Source: the human T2T-CHM13v2.0 reference genome, Homo sapiens. Taken from it: DNA of 64,000 bases. The position numbers and the translations under genes were made by a program. Positions within the stretch are counted from its first letter, which is position 1; the number at the start of each line of letters is the position of its first letter. Of this stretch, positions 29,251-41,687 are shown one piece after another. The notes beneath the pieces are model-generated. The model had not been told where the DNA came from and searched no databases. It was given only the letters and a program-made list of their open reading frames with translations. The stretch lies in the NCBI RefSeq assembly GCF_009914755.1, contig NC_060927.1, one strand, 5' to 3'.

Positions 29251-31939
29251 ATCTTTCAACCCAACAATACACATGGGAATTTTATTAAAGTGCAAATTAG
29301 GATATATCAAATATTTCAAAAGTGTGAATCATCATAGGCGAGCTACCTTCAAAAGAGTATCCCATAAACCCACATTTGCATATAGTCAGAATTATTCTTA
29401 AAATGTCTTTAATTTTAGCAATAAATGTTATTATTTTGATAGGCCTTTTGATATGAATGTACATTTTAAAAATTAATAAATTTTACTTTTTGGAACACAT
29501 TTACATTTAGGAAAAAAATGAGGGAAAAGTACAAACAATTCCCAAATACCCCTCATCTCCCACCAATTTTCCCTATTTTTAACATTTTATATTAGTGTGT
29601 TACATTTGTTACAAACAATGAGTCAATATTGATACTTTATTATTATATTAAACCAAAGTCCATAGTTTAGGGTTCACTCTTTGTGTTATAGATGCTGTAA
29701 GTTTTGACAAATATATAGCATATACCCACCATTACAATATCATGCAGAATAACAGTTTCTCTATTACTTCTAAAAATCCCATGATTCACCTACTCATCCC
29801 CTTTTTCATCCCTCCAAGCTTGTGCCAAACAATGATCTCCAAAGTTTTGCATGCCATAGGTCTTATAATTGGAATCAGAGTATATAGACTTTTCAGATTG
29901 CCTTACTTCACTTATTAATATAAATTTAAGAATCTTTAAGGTCTTTTAGTGGCTTGATAGCTCATTTCTTTTTGTCACTGAATAATATTCCACTGTATAG
30001 ATGTACCACATTTTGATTACCATTCACCAGCTGAAGGACATCTTTAGTGAATCCACTGTCTTTAGTTGCTTCCACGTTTGGCAGTTATGAATACAGGTGC
30101 TATATAATGTACATGCAGGTTTTTTGTGTAGATGTAATTTTTTAACTCATTTGGGGAAATACCAAGGAGCATAATGCTGGATCATATGGTAAGAGTATGC
30201 TTATTTTGTGAGGAACTACCAAACTGTCTTTTGAAGTGGCTGTATCATTTTGCATTCCCATCAACAATGGATGAGAGTTCCTGTTGCTCCACATCCTGGC
30301 CAGCATTTGGTGTTGTTAGTGTTCTAGATTTTGACCATTCTAATAGGTGTATGGTGGTATCATATTTTAATCTGCATTTCCCTAATGACATATAATGTTG
30401 AATATCTTTTCATATGCTTCTTTGCCATCTGTTTATCTTCTTTATTGAGATGTCTGTTCAGATCTTTTGCCAGTTTTCTAATTACGCTGTTTGCTTATTG
30501 GTGAGCTTCAAGAGTTCTTTGTATATTTGGATACAAACATTTTATCTGTATGTGTTTTACAAAAATATTCTCCCAGTCTATGCCTTATCTTTTCATTCTC
30601 TTAACTGTGTTTTTGGTGCAGCAGAAATTTTTAATTTTAGTGAAGTCCAACTTATCATTTTTTCTTTTAGTAGATCGTATTTTTGATGTTGAATCTAAGA
30701 CATCATAACTAAATCCAAGGTCACCTAGATTTTCTCCTGTGTTACTGTCTACTAGGGGATTTAACTGTAAAAAGAGTTTTTACATTTTACAGGTAGGTCT
30801 ATAATCTATTATTAATTAGTTTAGGTGAAAGGTCTGAGGTCTGCATCTAGATTCATTTTTTGCATGTCAATCTCCAGATATTTCAGCACCATTTGTAGAA
30901 AATACTATCTTTTGTCCATTAAAATGTCTTTACTACTTTGTCAAATACCAGTTGAATATATCTATATGGGTCTATTTCTGGATCTTTTATTTTCTTTCCA
31001 TTGGCCTATCTGTCCATTTATTTGCCAATACATGCTATCTTGATTATTGTAGCTTTAAAATCTTTAATTTGGGTACTGTCAGTTCTCTGATTTTGTTATT
31101 CTCATTCAATATTGTATTCGCTATTCTGAGACATTGCCTTTCCATATAAACTCTAGAATCAGTTTGTGAATATCCACAAAATAAAATCAGGATTCTGAAT
31201 GGAATTGCATGGAATATACAGAGCAACTTGTGAGGACTGTTATCTTGATAAATATTGATTGAGTCTTCCTATTCACAAACATTCAATATCTCCCCACTTA
31301 TTTATGCTTCTTCAGTTTATTTCATCAGAATTTTACAGTTTCCTTACATAAATCTAGTACATATTTGTTAGGTTAATAACTATTTCATTTTGTATTATAT
31401 ATGGTATTGTATTTTTAATTTCAAAATTTTATTGTTCATTATTTATAAGAAAGCGATGTACTTACGTATATTAACTTTACATTATGCAAACTTATTATAG
31501 GTGCCTTTTTGTTTCAGGATTTTTTGTGGTGGTTAATTCTTCTGGATTTCCTATATAGACAATTATGTCATCTGTGAATGATGACAATTTGCCTAATCTG
31601 TATATCTTTTTTAAAAATGTTTTTCTTATGACATTAGCTAGAACTTCCAATATAATGTTAAATAGGAATGGTGAAAGTGAACATTCCTGCCTTGTTCCTG
31701 ATCTTGGTGGGAAAGTATCTAGTTTCTCACAATTAAGTATAATGTTACTTATAAGTTTTTTTGTAAATGTCTTTTGTTAATAGAGGAAATTCTCCTCTCT
31801 TCCTACCTTGCTGAGAAGTTTTGTCATGAATGGCTATTGGATTTTATCAAATGCTTTCTTTTCATCAATTGATATGATAGGGTTTCTTCTTTAACCTGTT
31901 GATGTGATAGATTACAATCACTGATTTTTCAAATCAGCC

Positions 31940-32055
31940 TTGCATACCTGAAATAAATCCCAGTTAGTCATATAACTCTTTTCATGCAATATTATGCATT
32001 GCATACCTGAAATAAATCCCAGTTAGTCATATAATTCTTTTCATGCATTGTTATG
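31940..32055. repeat. 59-bp tandem duplication (2 copies)
   Basis: ttgcatacctgaaataaatcccagttagtcatataa(c/t)tcttttcatgca starts at 31940 and 31999. Confidence 0.95.
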
Positions 32056-32318
32056 TTATATTGTTAAGTTTTTTGCATCTATTTTATGAGCAGTTTGGTC
32101 TGCAGTTTACTTTTCTATAATGTCTTTGTCCAATTTTGGTATTAAGATGATACTGGCATCAAAAAGTGAGTATTTATTCTGTTTCCTGGAAAAGATTGTA
32201 GATAATTGGTATAATTTCTTCCTTACATCTTTGGTAGAATTTACCAATCAGTCTATCTGGGCTTGGTGTGCTCTGTTTTAAAAGGTTATTAATTATTAAT
32301 TCAAATTCTTTAAGGAGA

Positions 32319-32680
32319 TGATATGGTTTGGCTGTGTCCCCACTCAAAACTCATCCTGAATTATAATTCCCACAATTCCCACGTGTCATGGGACGAACCC
32401 AGCAGGAGGTGATTAAATTATGGGGGCGGGTCTTTCCCACACTGTTCTTGTGATAGTGAATGAGTCTCATGAAATCTGATGGTTTTAAACATGGGAGTTT
32501 CTCTGAACAAGCTCTCTTTGCTTGCTGCCAGCCATGTAAGATGAGACTTGCTCCTCCTTGCCTTCCATCAATTGTGTGGCTTCCCCAGCCATGTGGAACT
32601 GTAAGTCCATTAAACCTTTCTTTTGGAAATTGCCCAGTCTTGGTATGTCTCTGTCAGCAGCGTGAAAATGGACTAATACA
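32319..32680 (+). mobile_element. THE1 (THE1B/C) solo LTR
   Basis: tgatatggtttggctgtgtcccca ... gaaaatggactaataca; 5-bp TSD GGAGA. Confidence 0.95.
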
Positions 32681-33604
32681 GGAGATCAGTAGTGACGGCC
32701 TCTTCTTGGTTTCTGATATTAGTAATTTCTGTGTTCCCTGTTTCCTTCTTAGTTGGCCAGGCTATAGCTTAATCAATTTTTTTATGTTTTTAAAAAACTA
32801 GTTTTTTTATTTTGTTGTTTTTCTCAATAATTTTCTGTTTTAATTGTATTAATTTCTGCTCTATTATATATCTTACTTTGGGTTTTTTTCTTCTTTTTCT
32901 AGTTTCCTAAGTTAAAGCTTAAATTATTGATTTTTAATTAGTCTTCTTGTCTAACATCCAGTGATATAAACTTCTTGCTATACACTACTTTCATTGCATC
33001 TTACAAATTGTAACGTTCTATTTTTATTCTTTTTAATTCAAAATACTTTTTAATTTATCTTGAGACTTATTCTTTGACTCATGTGCTATGTATAAGTGTG
33101 TTTTTTATCTCTAAGTATTTTGGGATTTTCTAGCTATCTTTCTATATTGATTTCTAGTTTAATCACATTGTGGTCCAAAAAGATTTTTGTATGATTTATA
33201 TTCTTTTATATTTGTTAAAGTGTGTTTTATGGCCCAGAATGTGGCCATATGAGCTTTAGAAGAAGGTGTATTCTGCTGATGTTGGATGAAGTATATTGTG
33301 TAAATGTAAATTCAATCCAGTTGATCGATGCTGCTGTTCAGTTCAACCATGTCCTCACTGATTTTCTACCTTCTGGATCTTTCAATTACTGATAGGGGGG
33401 TTTGAAGTCTCTACAATAACAGATTTATTTACTTCTCCTTGCAGTTTAATCAGGTTTTGTCCCAAATATTTAGATATTCTCTGCTGATAGGTACATATAC
33501 ATTGGGATTTTTGTGGGTTTTTTTTTTTTTTGGAGATTTGATTATTTTGTCTTTATGTAATGCCCCTCTTTCTCCCTGATGATTTCTATTACTCTGAAGT
33601 CGGT

Positions 33605-34178
33605 TATCATGGTCAACTTTATGTGTCAGTTTGACTGGGCCACAGAATGCCTAGATATTTGGTCAAGCATTATTCTAGGAGTCTCTGGATGTATCTGTGA
33701 AGGGTGAAATGAACATTTGAATTGATAGACCAAGAGAAGCAGATTGCCCTTCTTAATGAAGATGGGGTTAATACAAATAGTTGAAGGACTAAATAGAATA
33801 AAAAGTATAAGTAAAAGGGAATTCCTTCTACTTGGCTGGCTTTGAGCTAGGACATTGTTTTGTTGTTTTTTGTTTTTCTCCTGCATTTGCATTAAACTAA
33901 ACATCAGCTTTTCTCCTAGGTTTCAACCCTGCCAGCAATTGGACTGAAAGTACACCTTTGACTCTCCTGCTTCTTAGGCCTTGGGACTCAGACTGAACTA
34001 CAGCATTAGCTCTTCTATTTTCCAGCTTGCCAACTGCAGTTCTTGGAAACCGTCAGACCCCATAATCATGTTGGCCAATTTGTTATAATAAACCTATCTC
34101 CTTATGTATCTGTCTATCCATTTATCATCTATGTATGTCCTATTGGTTCTGTTTCTCTGGAGAACCCAAACTAATACA
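33605..34178 (+). mobile_element. MLT2 (ERVL) solo LTR
   Basis: tttatgtgtcagtttgactgggccacag ... tcctattggttctgtttctctggagaacccaaactaataca. Confidence 0.9.
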
Positions 34179-35863
34179 TCTGCTTTGTCTAATAGTATAA
34201 ATCTACTCCAGCATTCTTTTGATTAGTGTTAGCATGGTATATCTTTATTTACTTTAGAGATATTCATATATATAACATAAGTTTCTTGTGAACAGCATAT
34301 AGTTAAGTCTTTTTTTTAAACAACTCTTGAAAGTCTCTGTAATTGGTGTATTTACACCATTTTTATAAATTAGGACTGATATGTACCATATTTGTTACTG
34401 TTTTCTATTCATTGCCCTTGTTCTATTTTGGTCTTCTACTTTTTTCTGCATTCTCTAATTTAATTATTTTGTATAGTTTATTTTTTCTCCGAATTCTTGT
34501 CATTTATTTCATGTATTCATTAGCTATAATTACTAAAAACATTTTTGCTATTATTATTTTGAACAAGTGGTCATCTGATAGATTAATAAAAAATAAAAAC
34601 AAGGATTTTTTCATTTATTCATTTTTTAATGCTCTTCCTTTCTTTATGTTAGTACAAGTTCCTGACCCATATAATTTTTCTTCTTTCTGACAAACTTCTT
34701 TTAACATTTCTTCCAAAGCAGGTGTACTGGCAACATATTCCCTTAATTTTTGTTTTTCCTTTAAAAAAATCTTTATTTTGCCTCCTCTGTAAAAGGATAA
34801 TTTCACTGGGTACATAATTCTAGGCTGGCAATACTTTTCTTTCTGTTAACACATTGACTAATTCACTCTATTCTTTCCTTGCTTTTATAGTTTTTAAGAG
34901 CAGTTCACACAGTCCTTAACCTTGATCATTAATAGGTATGGCATTTTATTTCCTCTGTCTTCTTTTGAAATGTTTTTGTCTTTTATTTTTGGTTATGAAT
35001 TTTTATTGTAATACGCCTAGCATAGATTACTTGATATTATTCTACTTGGTGTCCTCTGAACTTCCTGTGTGTATAATTTGGTGTTTATCATTAGTTTGTG
35101 GAAATTCTCTGTCATTATTGTTTGAAATTTTTCTTTTGTTCCTTTCTTTTCTCTCCTTGTTCTGATTAATTTTATTATGTTGTACATTTTATAATTGTCC
35201 CACAGATTTTGGATATTTTTTCTATCCTTTTTATTCTTTTACCTTTCTTTTGAGATTTTAGTTTTAGAAGTTTCTATTGGCATCAAGTTCACTAATTCTT
35301 TTCTCAGTCATTACTGGTAGAACCATCAAAGGCATTCCTCTTTTTTATTATGGTGTTTTTTTTAAAAAAAATTCTAGCATTTCCTTTTTATTCCTTCTTA
35401 ATGTTTCCATCTCTTTGCTTACAGTATCCATCTGTTCTTGTATGCTGTCCACTTCTTTCATTATAGTCCATAGCATATGAATTATAGTAGTTTGAAATTC
35501 ACTGTCTGATAATCCTCAAATCTACTATATGAGTCTGGTACTGCTTGTGCTAACTCTTCAAACTGTGGGGTTTTTGTGTGTGTTGTTTTTTTCTTTTTAG
35601 TATGCCTTGTAATTTTTGTGGCAAGTCAGGCTCCTTGTACTGTGTAAAAAGAACTGAGGAAATCAGCCTATATTGTGAGGTTTTAGATTTATCTGGCTAG
35701 GGGTTGGGCTGTGTTTACTGTTTGCCATAGCTGTAGGTATCAGAGGTCAAACTTTCCTCTGGTGTTCTTATTTTTGTCTTCTCTGTTGTCTTTCAGTTTC
35801 CCTAGTGACTTCTTAATTATTGTCTGAAAATATTGTTCTTTTAATTGTATCCCTCTATCATTA

Positions 35864-36559
35864 CAAAACTGCCATCACAAAGTTATAACTGAGACAGTGA
35901 AAGGAATCTGACCTAACCAAAAACATCTTGCTTCTAACTTCCAAGCTGTCCTTGTTCATTCCTGTGCATAGTCTGCACTAACTTTGGGAGGAACATAGTT
36001 TATAGTTTAAAATAAGGATGACAACAGCTCTTTCCCAAAACAAACCCCCTTCTTGCCTGGGGACCAGTCTGCCTTTGTAGGACTAACAAATTAGCTAAAG
36101 ATTAGAATTTACAATTTAGGAACTACACAATGTCTGGTTGCAAGAGTCTGAATCTCCCCAAATTGCTCCTGGTAATAACATCATTGTTGTAAAACCTAAG
36201 ATCAGTACTTCAGATATTTTGCAGACCCTGCATTCCAATGCACAGCTAACACCACCCAGATCTGACTCAACCAGTTCCGTGATCCCCTCTGGGAACAGAA
36301 GACAGCAAGAAAAACTCACTTGAACCCCCTGTGATTCCATCTCCAACCTGACAGTCAGCAGTTTCCACTTCCCCAGCCCCTATCCACCAAATTATCTTTA
36401 AAAACTCCTATTCTCAAGTTTTTGGGGCAACTGATTTGAGTAATAATATAACTCCAGTCTCCCACATAGTAAATGATTCTTTCTCTATTACGGTTCTGCT
36501 GTCTTGGCAAATAGGCTCTGCATAGGCAGAAGACAAGTTGAACCTGTTGGGTGGTTACG
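35864..36559 (+). mobile_element. LTR8-type ERV1 solo LTR
   Basis: ttataactgagacagtgaaa...ctgacctaacc...ccaagctgtccttgttcattcc ... gaacctgttgggtggttac; 4-bp TSD ATTA. Confidence 0.88.
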
Positions 36560-36647
36560 ATTATGCAGGAGCCTTATTAATGTGGTGGCAAGGTTTGGGG
36601 GAGGCGGAGAAAAGCATTCTATAATACTGATTAGCTCTCTGTCTTAA

Positions 36648-37133
36648 TCTTTTTGTATGTGAGATGGGGTCTCACTATGTTGCCCAGGCTGGTCTTAAAC
36701 TTCTAGGCTCAAGCAATCCTGCTACCTTGGCCTTACAAATTGCTGAGATTTGGGCTCATATTGGCTCAGAATAAACCTCTTTAAAATATTTTACAGAGTA
36801 TCTTTTTTTCATTAAAAGTCCAAAACAAAACTATAAGCCATTGTGAAGGCCCTAGCTAAGGGATACAGGCTCAGTAAAAGACAGAGACTTGAGCTGGTCT
36901 TGGTGGCTCACACCTTGCAAGAGTCTGAATCTCCCCAAATTGCAAACCCCAGGTGGGGTCACAGAACTGGTTGAGCCAGATTACCGGTCTGGGTGGTGTC
37001 AGCTGGTACATTGGAATGCAGGGTCTGCATAATATCTGAAGCACTCATCATAGGTTTTACAACAATGATGTTATTACCAGGAGCAATTTGGGGAGGTTCA
37101 GACTCTTATAAGGTGTGAGCCACCAAGCCCAGC
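36648..37133 (-). mobile_element. FLAM/AluJ left monomer, split into 36648-36750 and ~37108-37133 by a templated insertion
   Basis: gagatggggtctcactatgttgcccaggctgg...tgctgagatt continues as a(t)aggtgtgagccaccaagcccagc; flanking TCTCTGTCTT repeat. Confidence 0.85.
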
Positions 37134-37272
37134 TCAAGTCTCTGTCTTTTACTGAGCCTGTATCCCTTAGCTAGGGCCTTCACAATGGCTTATAGTATTG
37201 TTTTGGACTTTTAATGAAAAACAACATACTCTGTAAAATATTTTAAAGAGATTTATTCTGAGCCAGTATGAG
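36755..37272. repeat. Inverted repeat: arms 36755-36943 and 37083-37272 (~95% identical), 139-bp spacer
   Basis: Manual reverse-complement alignment gives about 9-10 differences over ~190 bp. Confidence 0.95.
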
Positions 37273-38274
37273 TGACCATAGCCCAGAAAAAACACAAACC
37301 AAAGAAGCCTTTAATAAGCAGCCCCAAAGTGGTTGGATTACAGTTTGGTTTTATACATTTTAGGGAGACAGGAGCTACAGAAAATGACATAAATCGATAC
37401 AGGGAAGGTATACATTGATTCAACCCAAAAAGGCAGGACATCCCAATGCAGAGTCTTACTAGTCATTAGGTGAGTTTTAGGAATTCTTTAGTTGACAATC
37501 CATTGAGATAATTAAGCTATTAACTAAAGACTTGAAGACAGTTAAAAAAAAAATGCCTAAGTTAAGATAAAGGAGTTGTGGGGGCCAAGGCCTTCGTTAC
37601 GCAAATGAAGACTCATAGATCACAGCCCTCAAAGAGAATAGATGTCAAATGTCTCTTTTCAGATTTTTAAAGGTGTCAGATTCTCAGTTAATCTCTCCTA
37701 GATCCAGAAAAGGCCTAAACAGGGAAGGCCTGGCTGCATTTATGGAGATCTCCACAGCCTCAAATTTCTCCCACCAAAAATAGCTTTGCAAGGCCATTTC
37801 AGTCTGCTGGCACTGTGGCAGTCATTTCAAAATATGTCAAAGAAATATATTTTGGGGTAAAATATTTTGATTGCTTTTAGGGCCTGCTGTCATGTGATGT
37901 TATAACAGAGTTAGTTTGAAAAGAAGCCACATTATACCAGGTTAACAACAACAAAAAAAACTTGTTTAAGGAGATTTTATGGGCTGTAGAGTGTGACTTA
38001 ACCTTTACTTGAATGGGCTTAAGTCTTGTTTATAATTTAGTATATTAATGCTGCAAATGTCCATTTTGCCAGTCTTATGATCTCTATTTTAATTTTAATG
38101 TGGGTGAATTGTGTCTAAACTCCAAAAGGGAGGGAGTGTAACAAGATGTGTTTGACCTTCCTTCCTTCCTGTCATGGCCAGGGATCCAGTTTTTCAGGTT
38201 TCTCTGGGCTCCCCTTGGCCAACAGGGGGTTCACTCAGTCAGTAGGGGGCTTAAGGTCTTATTTTTGCCTTACA
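37199..38274 (-). mobile_element. MER4-family (MER4D-like) ERV1 solo LTR
   Basis: actctgtaaaatattttaaagagatttattctgagcc ... gggggcttaaggtcttatttttgccttaca; candidate 4-bp TSD GTAT. Confidence 0.88.
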
Positions 38275-38394
38275 GTATCCTTACCCCTAGACCTTAAGAG
38301 AAAGAAAAAAGCTAGAGAGTGCTAAAATTGAGTACTTCCCTGCTGCTGCCTTGAAGGCCACATCGGCCTGGAGTTGGGTATTTCCCTTCCCTAG

Positions 38395-38950
38395 TGAGAG
38401 AGGAGAAAGGAAGAAACCAGTCAGGCAGTCAGTTAGGGTGGATCCTTGGTTAGATTCTCTCAAACAAAAGAAAAGCCTAAAAAAATCAAGCTGCAGGCAC
38501 AGATAAGGGAACTTGTACAGATGGGCTTGCCTAAGACATGCTCGCAGCTGCATAGATAAGAAAGGCTACAAAGGTGACTTGCCCAGACACACCTGCAATG
38601 GAAAATTCCATCCCTTAACACATGCACAGTAAGTGGAGCAAAGCAATATGGAGTAACTCAAGCTAAGGGCCCACATGCGCATTTGGACGATGGGGTGGAG
38701 CTACCAGAAATTAGCACCTTACGCAAATGAGATGCCCAGCCCTCATCAGTTTCTTATGAAACTCTTTGCATTGAACTGTTAAAATGGCAACCCTTTTTTG
38801 GAACCCCTTTCTATGACAGATAGCTTTCTCTCTTTCTTTCTCTTATTAAACTTCTGCTCTAAACTCACCCTTGGAGTGTCCACATTCCTGATTTCCTCAA
38901 CTGTGAGACAAAGAACTTCGGGTGGCACCCCAGACAATGAGGCTGCTTCA
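38395..38950 (+). mobile_element. ERV1-class solo LTR (MER66-like; subfamily uncertain)
   Basis: TG...CA bounded 556 bp (tgagagaggagaaagg ... ggctgcttca), ATTAAA signal, near-TSD CTAG/CCAG; host L1M is contiguous across it. Confidence 0.8.
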
Positions 38951-39286
38951 CCAGGTTAGTTATCTGGTAAAACTACAATAGGTTAAGCTCTGGTAAAATA
39001 CTTTCTCGTGAAGGCAGACCTTATCAAAAAAAAAGGAAAATCTGGGTGTATTTAAAAATGGTTACTTTCCTTTCTCCCTACTGGAAGCATGAAGGACGTT
39101 TTCTGAGATCTTTCATGTGAAAACCTGTTAGGGCTCCTGGAGGTGTTACCCTCCTCCCACAAGGCTAAGCCTGCAGGAGGATTTTTAAATGCAAGTTAAA
39201 GAAAAAAAACCTGTGGCCTTGGGAAGCCCATGTGTTTACCTATGCCCTTACATTGCCTGTGCAGTGAACACTGAATAAATCACAGT

Positions 39287-39737
39287 ACAAGTAAAAGGAA
39301 AAATACTGGTGGACCTTAGAGAAGATGTTGATCAATGGAATGTGTCTAGTACATTGAGTTTTGTCCTGAAGTTTGCTAAAAGTTTCTTTCTGTGGTTCAG
39401 CCACCTGTGCTTGCTAAGTGCACTAAGGAGCACCCATGAACATTAGGCCCTTACCCTACCAGAGAGACTGGGGAATAGAGGCACTGTCTTCCTTGATGTA
39501 ATTATCCTTGGTGATTACATTTCAAAGGGATGGCTCTCAGGTACTTGAGAAAGATAGTATTGATTGTAATATTGGCCAATGTCTTTTGAAAAATATTTAT
39601 ATCTCAAAGGGATAGAAAAAGTATGTACAATTACATGTTGTCTAAAGTAAAGGTTCTAAAGAAAGTAGGTCAGGTGCCTAGAGCCAGGAACTCTAAAGTC
39701 AAATAAAACTGTGGAAAATGTTAGGCAATCTTGGTCA
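39287..39737 (-). mobile_element. MER31-type LTR, right piece
   Basis: gattacatttcaaagggatggctctcaggtacttgagaaaga ... tctaaagt ... atcttggtca; TSD CCAT at 39738-39741, after which L2 resumes (catcatgtctcacttagattattgcagtagcctcc). Confidence 0.8.
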
Positions 39738-39924
39738 CCATCATGTCTCACTTAGATTATTGCAGTAGCCTCCTTGCTTTTGCCCTAAATGACCCTGTTA
39801 AAGATAATAAAATGGTAACTCCTCCTTAAAAAAAAAATTAAAAATTTAAAAACAAACAGTTTATATCTTACTCTGACAAAAAAAAAAAATCAATGGAATG
39901 GCCATCCAGATATTTCATAATCTG

Positions 39925-40385
39925 CAGCATATCTCAGCACAAAATTCTAGCAGCATAAAAACATATATATTTATTTAATTAACAAGCATGTGGGTCAGTT
40001 GAAGGATCTGATTTATGCTGAGCATTGCTGGGTGACTGCTGAGCTAGGCTGGGTCCGCTGGATAGGCTCTGTTCTGCCTCCTGGGGCACTGGTCCTCTTT
40101 CTAGAAACACTGGGCTAACCCAGGCATATTGTTCTCATGACTGTGGCAGAAATGCAGGAGGGCAAGTAGACAAATGTGAGGACTCTCAAAAGGATAAAGT
40201 TGAAATTGGCGCACTATCATGTCTGCTTCACATTACTGGGCAAAGCAACTCACTTAGTCAAACACAAGGTCAAGGAACAGAGAAATGAGCACCACCCTTT
40301 TAAGTGGGAGATACTGCAAAGTTAATAGCAAATGCAGCGAGTATAAAGAGGGGTCCAAAATTGAGGCCCATTCACTATTCATCCC
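39925..40385 (-). mobile_element. MLT1H/I-like LTR
   Basis: ccaggcatattgttctcatgactgtggcagaaatgcaggagggcaag...caaagcaactcac...gtgggagatactgcaaagt. Confidence 0.7.
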
Positions 40386-41380
40386 AGAAATTATACAATA
40401 TGTTTTGCTAATTTGTTCTGTTTTCCGTGTCTCTACTTTCACCAGAATGAACCATGAGGAATTTCCACTTGTTTTGTATACTGCTTTGTCTTCCATGTCT
40501 GAAACAGTGCCCATTGAAAGTGGTCAGTAAATATATTTAAATATATTAATGTATAAATGATTACCTAAAATTATAACTAAAGTGATAAATTACATTAGGT
40601 AAATATGTGTAAGCCATATAAATAGAATGGAAGAGGTTGTTTTGGAAGGAATATCAGAGAAGGCTTAAATAAAAGATGTTGCATTAAGTCCATCCTGAAA
40701 TTTGAAGAAATATTATGGGACAGAGAGTGTTGGTCACTGTAAGCGACTCAAAAGAAACCTACTTCACAACTTACGTATATTTGGATCAGGTTTACTTTCA
40801 TAATCAAATTAACATAAACATATTTCTTATGAATCAGGAAGCTAAGCTTCCCTCAAGAGTCCGTCTACAATTTGGCAACTGATATTCCATGCAATATCTT
40901 CATATTTTCCCCTCTACCCTAGCTACCACGTGTCAACATCGGGTCTCCTTAACACCTCTGTTGACAGTATCAGTGCTGCCATCACTAACTGAACCCATCA
41001 TAGGAGGTCTATTGTCCTTGTTAAGAGAAATAATACCCAGGTCCTGAAGCTGCTCAACCCACCAGATCTTGAAGAAATAGGTCAATGTTGAGTTCCAGGC
41101 AGAAGCAGGGCTGCTTATTGCCACCTGTGTCCTGAAGCAACCAAGCCCCTGCCCAGTCCCACAGAGCCTTTCAAGAAAGGAGCTCTATTGGCTCCCAACC
41201 TCTTCTAGTCCCACTACAGAAGCTTAAAGACTATCCAAGGCAGAAGGCAGGTGCATATCCATTCAAACTCATTTTTCAGTCCTCTCTTCTGTAGCCCCTG
41301 CTACCAAACCATTTCCCATTTACAAAAGAAAACTCTTCATGCATCTCAAAAGATAAGAGGCAGTAAGAAGTATGAGAAGT

Positions 41381-41575
41381 GAGGTTGCCAGATAAAATAT
41401 AAAACACTCTGTTACTACTTAAATGATTTCAGATAAATAATGAAAACATATTATCAGAATAATAATGTTCTATGCAACATTTGTTACATACATATACTAA
41501 AAATTATTCATAATATTTTGAGAATTTAAATTTTTCTGGTGTCTTGTATTTTTATTTACTAAACCTGGAAACCCC
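41381..41575. mobile_element. MER53 palindromic hAT MITE
   Basis: ggttgccagataaaata ... tatttttatttactaaacctggaaaccc; internal tttcagataaa / aatttaaattt symmetry. Confidence 0.85.
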
Positions 41576-41687
41576 AATAAGGAATTGTGCATTGTTCACT
41601 TGAATATTGCCTTATTAACAGCTTGGCCAGACAAAAGGCCAGTTGCATATTTTTCGTCTCTATGTGTCTTGAAAATTGCAGGTGGTT

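Larger units (their letters stand above)
29465..39190 (-). mobile_element. Old L1M (L1MC/L1MD-like), about 6 kb of L1 sequence once nested inserts are removed
   Basis: 3'UTR at the left (gaaaagtacaaacaattcccaaatacc), ORF2 3' remnants (ggatcatatggtaagagtatg), 5'-region motifs at the right (aagcattctataa; ggagttgggtatttcccttccc; ttaagctctggtaaaata; gggctcctggaggt). Confidence 0.85.
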
